Of a DNA stretch of 28,937 nt, positions 26,495 to 28,937 are shown piece after piece. The notes under the pieces were generated by a model. It saw nothing but the letters and a program-made list of their open reading frames with translations. It searched no databases and had not been told where the DNA came from. Source of the stretch: Marinilabiliaceae bacterium (GTDB taxonomy: Bacteria; Bacteroidota; Bacteroidia; Bacteroidales; Marinilabiliaceae); contig JBDHYT010000001.1 of NCBI GenBank assembly GCA_039811485.1, forward strand, positions 1 through 28,937, written 5' to 3'. Made by a program: the position numbers and the translations under genes. How positions within the stretch are numbered: position 1 is the first letter of the stretch; every line of letters starts with the position of its first letter.

Positions 26495-26622
26495 TTTAAT
26501 AATCTTGGTGTTGTGTTGTAGAGCATTTTTATTTTCTGCATTAGATGTTAAAAGTCATTACAAAATAAGCAACTATGCACTATATTAGCTTTTTTAAGAA
26601 CTAATTCAATAAACCAAATATT

Positions 26623-27642
26623 ATGAGTAGTATCGATTGGAGTAATCTCTCTTTTAGTTATATGAAGACCGATTACAATGTTCGCTGTTATTATCGCAAC
26701 GGTAAATGGGGCGAGTTGGAAATCAGCTCATCCGACCAGATAAGCATACACATGGCAGCCACCGCATTGCATTATGGTCAGGAGGCCTTCGAAGGGCTTA
26801 AGGCTTTCAAAGGTAAAGATGGTAAAATACGTGTGTTCAGGGTTGAAGAGAATGCAAAACGGATGCAGGACTCGGCCGACGGCATACTTATGGCTCGTGT
26901 TCCTGTTGAACTTTTTGTTGATGCCGTAAAGAAGGTAATTAAACTTAACGAACATTTCGTGCCTCCTTACGAGTCGGGTGCCGCACTCTATCTGCGTCCG
27001 TTGCTTATAGGTACAGGCCCTAAGGTTGGCGTGTCACCTGCCGACGAGTATATGTTTATGATTTTTGTTACACCGGTGGGCCCTTACTTCAAGGAAGGTT
27101 TCAAACCGGTTAATATGATGATTAGCAGAAACTACGATAGAGCTGCACCAAATGGAACCGGACACATAAAGGTTGGTGGCAACTATGCTGCAAGTCTTAT
27201 TGCCGGCCGCCTGGCACACGAAAAAGGCTACTCGTCGGTGTTATATCTCGATAGTAAAGAGAAGAAATATATTGATGAGTGTGGACCAGCCAACTTCTTC
27301 GTTATCAAAGATAACACCTATGTGACGCCCGAATCTCACTCTATCCTTCCGTCAATCACCAATAAGAGCCTTTACGAACTGGCCAAAGACAGCGGCCTGA
27401 AGGTCGAGCGACGCCCTATTTTGTTGGAAGAACTCGAAAGTTTTGAAGAGGCAGGTGCTTGCGGTACAGCAGCAGTAATCAGCCCAATTGGCCGGATTGA
27501 CGATATCGACACAGGCAAATCGTATGTGTTCAGTAAAGACGGAAAGCCCGGCAAAGTATGCGAAATGCTTTACAACCGCCTGCGTGCAATACAGTATGGC
27601 GACGAAGCAGATAAATTTGGTTGGGTAACGATTATCGACTAA
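26623..27642 (+). CDS. ilvE: Branched-chain amino acid aminotransferase (PLP fold type IV)
   Basis: LHYGQEAFEGLKA, LYLRP, PLP lysine in HIKVGGNY, ECGPANFF, ILPSIT and GTAAVISP. Confidence 0.96.
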   Translation: MSSIDWSNLSFSYMKTDYNVRCYYRNGKWGELEISSSDQISIHMAATALHYGQEAFEGLKAFKGKDGKIRVFRVEENAKRMQDSADGILMARVPVELFVDAVKKVIKLNEHFVPPYESGAALYLRPLLIGTGPKVGVSPADEYMFMIFVTPVGPYFKEGFKPVNMMISRNYDRAAPNGTGHIKVGGNYAASLIAGRLAHEKGYSSVLYLDSKEKKYIDECGPANFFVIKDNTYVTPESHSILPSITNKSLYELAKDSGLKVERRPILLEELESFEEAGACGTAAVISPIGRIDDIDTGKSYVFSKDGKPGKVCEMLYNRLRAIQYGDEADKFGWVTIID

Positions 27643-27677
27643 ATTATAATGTGACTCAGGATTGATGAGTAATAATA

Positions 27678-27714
27678 AAAAAAGCTGCCTTTGTTTGGGC
27701 AGCTTTTCTTTTTT
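27678..27714. terminator. Bidirectional intrinsic terminator between ilvE and the S41 peptidase gene
   Basis: AAAAGCTGCC...GGCAGCTTTT stem with an A-run on the left and T-runs on the right. Confidence 0.85.
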
Positions 27715-27729
27715 CTGATATCGTGGTTC

Positions 27730-28937
27730 TTAATCGTTTTCGATTTTACTGAAACGTTTGTCGCCGGCATGGCTCAACACAGTACCATTAAGCAGACCAT
27801 CGTATTGTGCTTTGTCGTTCAGTGCTTTAACAGCCTCTGCCATCACCTTGTCGTCGCGAAGACTAAATTGTATGGCTCCCTTCTGGTAATAGTAGCGGCG
27901 CATAAACTCAAGCGACATCAGCTCTTTAATCTCTGATGCAGCAATATTCATATCTTTTTCAACATTCAGCTTAAGAGCCTCTTCCATTGCTTTAAACTCG
28001 TTTTCTGCACTCTTGTAGTACTCTTCGCGCTCTGCCGTCTCTTTCAATTTCTTAAGCGTCTCAAGTGAGCGGCTTGTATATTTGAAATCTTTGCGTGCTG
28101 CAACAAACTGCTTGAAGTCGTCGAAAACAGCATCCGAAACCTTAAATTCTGTTGGTGACGCAATGGTTGGATTCTGAAGGCAGAACCTGGTGGCATATTC
28201 AAATATAATCTGCTGTGCCACAATGGCGAAGGTGATATTGCTGTAACGCTCTTCAGTAACTTTTATGTCGGGCGATACTCCGCCACCGTCATAAACCTTC
28301 CTGCCAAGACGCGTTTTGTATTCCGATATCAGAGAGTCGGGTACAAAACCTACCGAGCCGTCGTCGTTGCGGTGGGTATAATCCAAAGCCTGAATGCATC
28401 GTCCCGAAGGAATGTAGTATTTGGCTGTGGTAACCTTTAACTTGGTGTTGAAGTCAAGATTGCGTGTAGCCTGTACCAAGCCCTTGCCAAACGAACGCTG
28501 GCCAAGTATCACTGCACGATCCAAATCCTGGAGTGCTCCGGCCACAATCTCCGATGCCGACGCCGAGCCACGGCTAATAAGAACAGCAAGCGGCATTACG
28601 GTATCGATGGGCTGTCGGGTGGCTGTATATGCCTTGTCCCACTGCTTAACTTTACCTTTGGTACTAACAATGTCAGAACCCTTTGGAACAAAGAGGTTTA
28701 CTATTTTTATTGCCTCGTCGAGTAATCCTCCCGGGTTGCCGCGCAAGTCAAGTACAACCCTTTTGGCACCCTGTTTCTCCTTTAAGTCAACAAATGCGTT
28801 TTCTACTTCGCGGGCGCAATCCTGGGTGAAATTGTTGAGGATGATAAGCCCCGTTTGATTGTCGAGCATACCGTAGTAAGGAACCGCATTTATCTGAATG
28901 TTTTTTCTGACAAGATCAATATTAAGCGGCTTATGTG
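27730..28937 (-). CDS. S41A C-terminal processing protease (Prc/CtpA family), 5' end outside the window
   Basis: DLRGNPGGLL, SASASEIVAGALQD (Ser), GQRSFGKGLVQ (Lys). The frame stays open upstream of the track's ATG to the window edge (HKPLNIDLVRKNIQINAVPYYG-MLD). Confidence 0.93.
   Translation of the reverse strand, partial: HKPLNIDLVRKNIQINAVPYYGMLDNQTGLIILNNFTQDCAREVENAFVDLKEKQGAKRVVLDLRGNPGGLLDEAIKIVNLFVPKGSDIVSTKGKVKQWDKAYTATRQPIDTVMPLAVLISRGSASASEIVAGALQDLDRAVILGQRSFGKGLVQATRNLDFNTKLKVTTAKYYIPSGRCIQALDYTHRNDDGSVGFVPDSLISEYKTRLGRKVYDGGGVSPDIKVTEERYSNITFAIVAQQIIFEYATRFCLQNPTIASPTEFKVSDAVFDDFKQFVAARKDFKYTSRSLETLKKLKETAEREEYYKSAENEFKAMEEALKLNVEKDMNIAASEIKELMSLEFMRRYYYQKGAIQFSLRDDKVMAEAVKALNDKAQYDGLLNGTVLSHAGDKRFSKIEND

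Noticed and set aside
28867-28869. Track's ATG as start of the S41 protease
   Set aside because: The frame is open to the window edge with family-like sequence; the gene is truncated by the window, not short.
1-28937. CRISPR arrays, tRNA, rRNA, reverse transcriptase or diversity-generating retroelement repeats
   Set aside because: No regularly spaced repeats, cloverleaf-like or rRNA-like segments, RT motifs or near-identical DNA repeat pairs seen by eye. Intergenic gaps are short. A tRNAscan/Infernal run would be needed to exclude small RNAs formally.

Overview
A Bacteroidota chromosomal segment, probably Bacteroidales/Marinilabiliales-like (inferred from a T9SS C-terminal sorting domain and several TAnnTTTG -7 promoter boxes). 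Most genes are housekeeping: orphan histidine kinase, nadB, DUF4097-like protein, EamA transporter, DEAD-box helicase, pfkA, USP, GH18 lipoprotein, polA, typA, tatD-tcdA-GNAT, ilvE and a partial S41 protease. Two accessory modules stand out. (1) An AT-rich, tightly coupled DpnII-like restriction-modification operon at 772-3967 (Dam-like MTase, DpnII-family REase, an unrecognised 184-aa protein, DpnA-like MTase). It lies directly upstream of an HTH-WYL regulator gene whose reading frame is interrupted by an in-frame TAA. (2) A TPR-TM-PAS-LuxR one-component regulator followed by a T9SS-secreted repeat protein with an unrecognised N-terminal domain and an outer-membrane beta-barrel (8379-13829), with a candidate operator between regulator and target. 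I saw no rRNA, tRNA, CRISPR array, transposase or integrase. All assignments come from motif recognition by eye; no searches were run.
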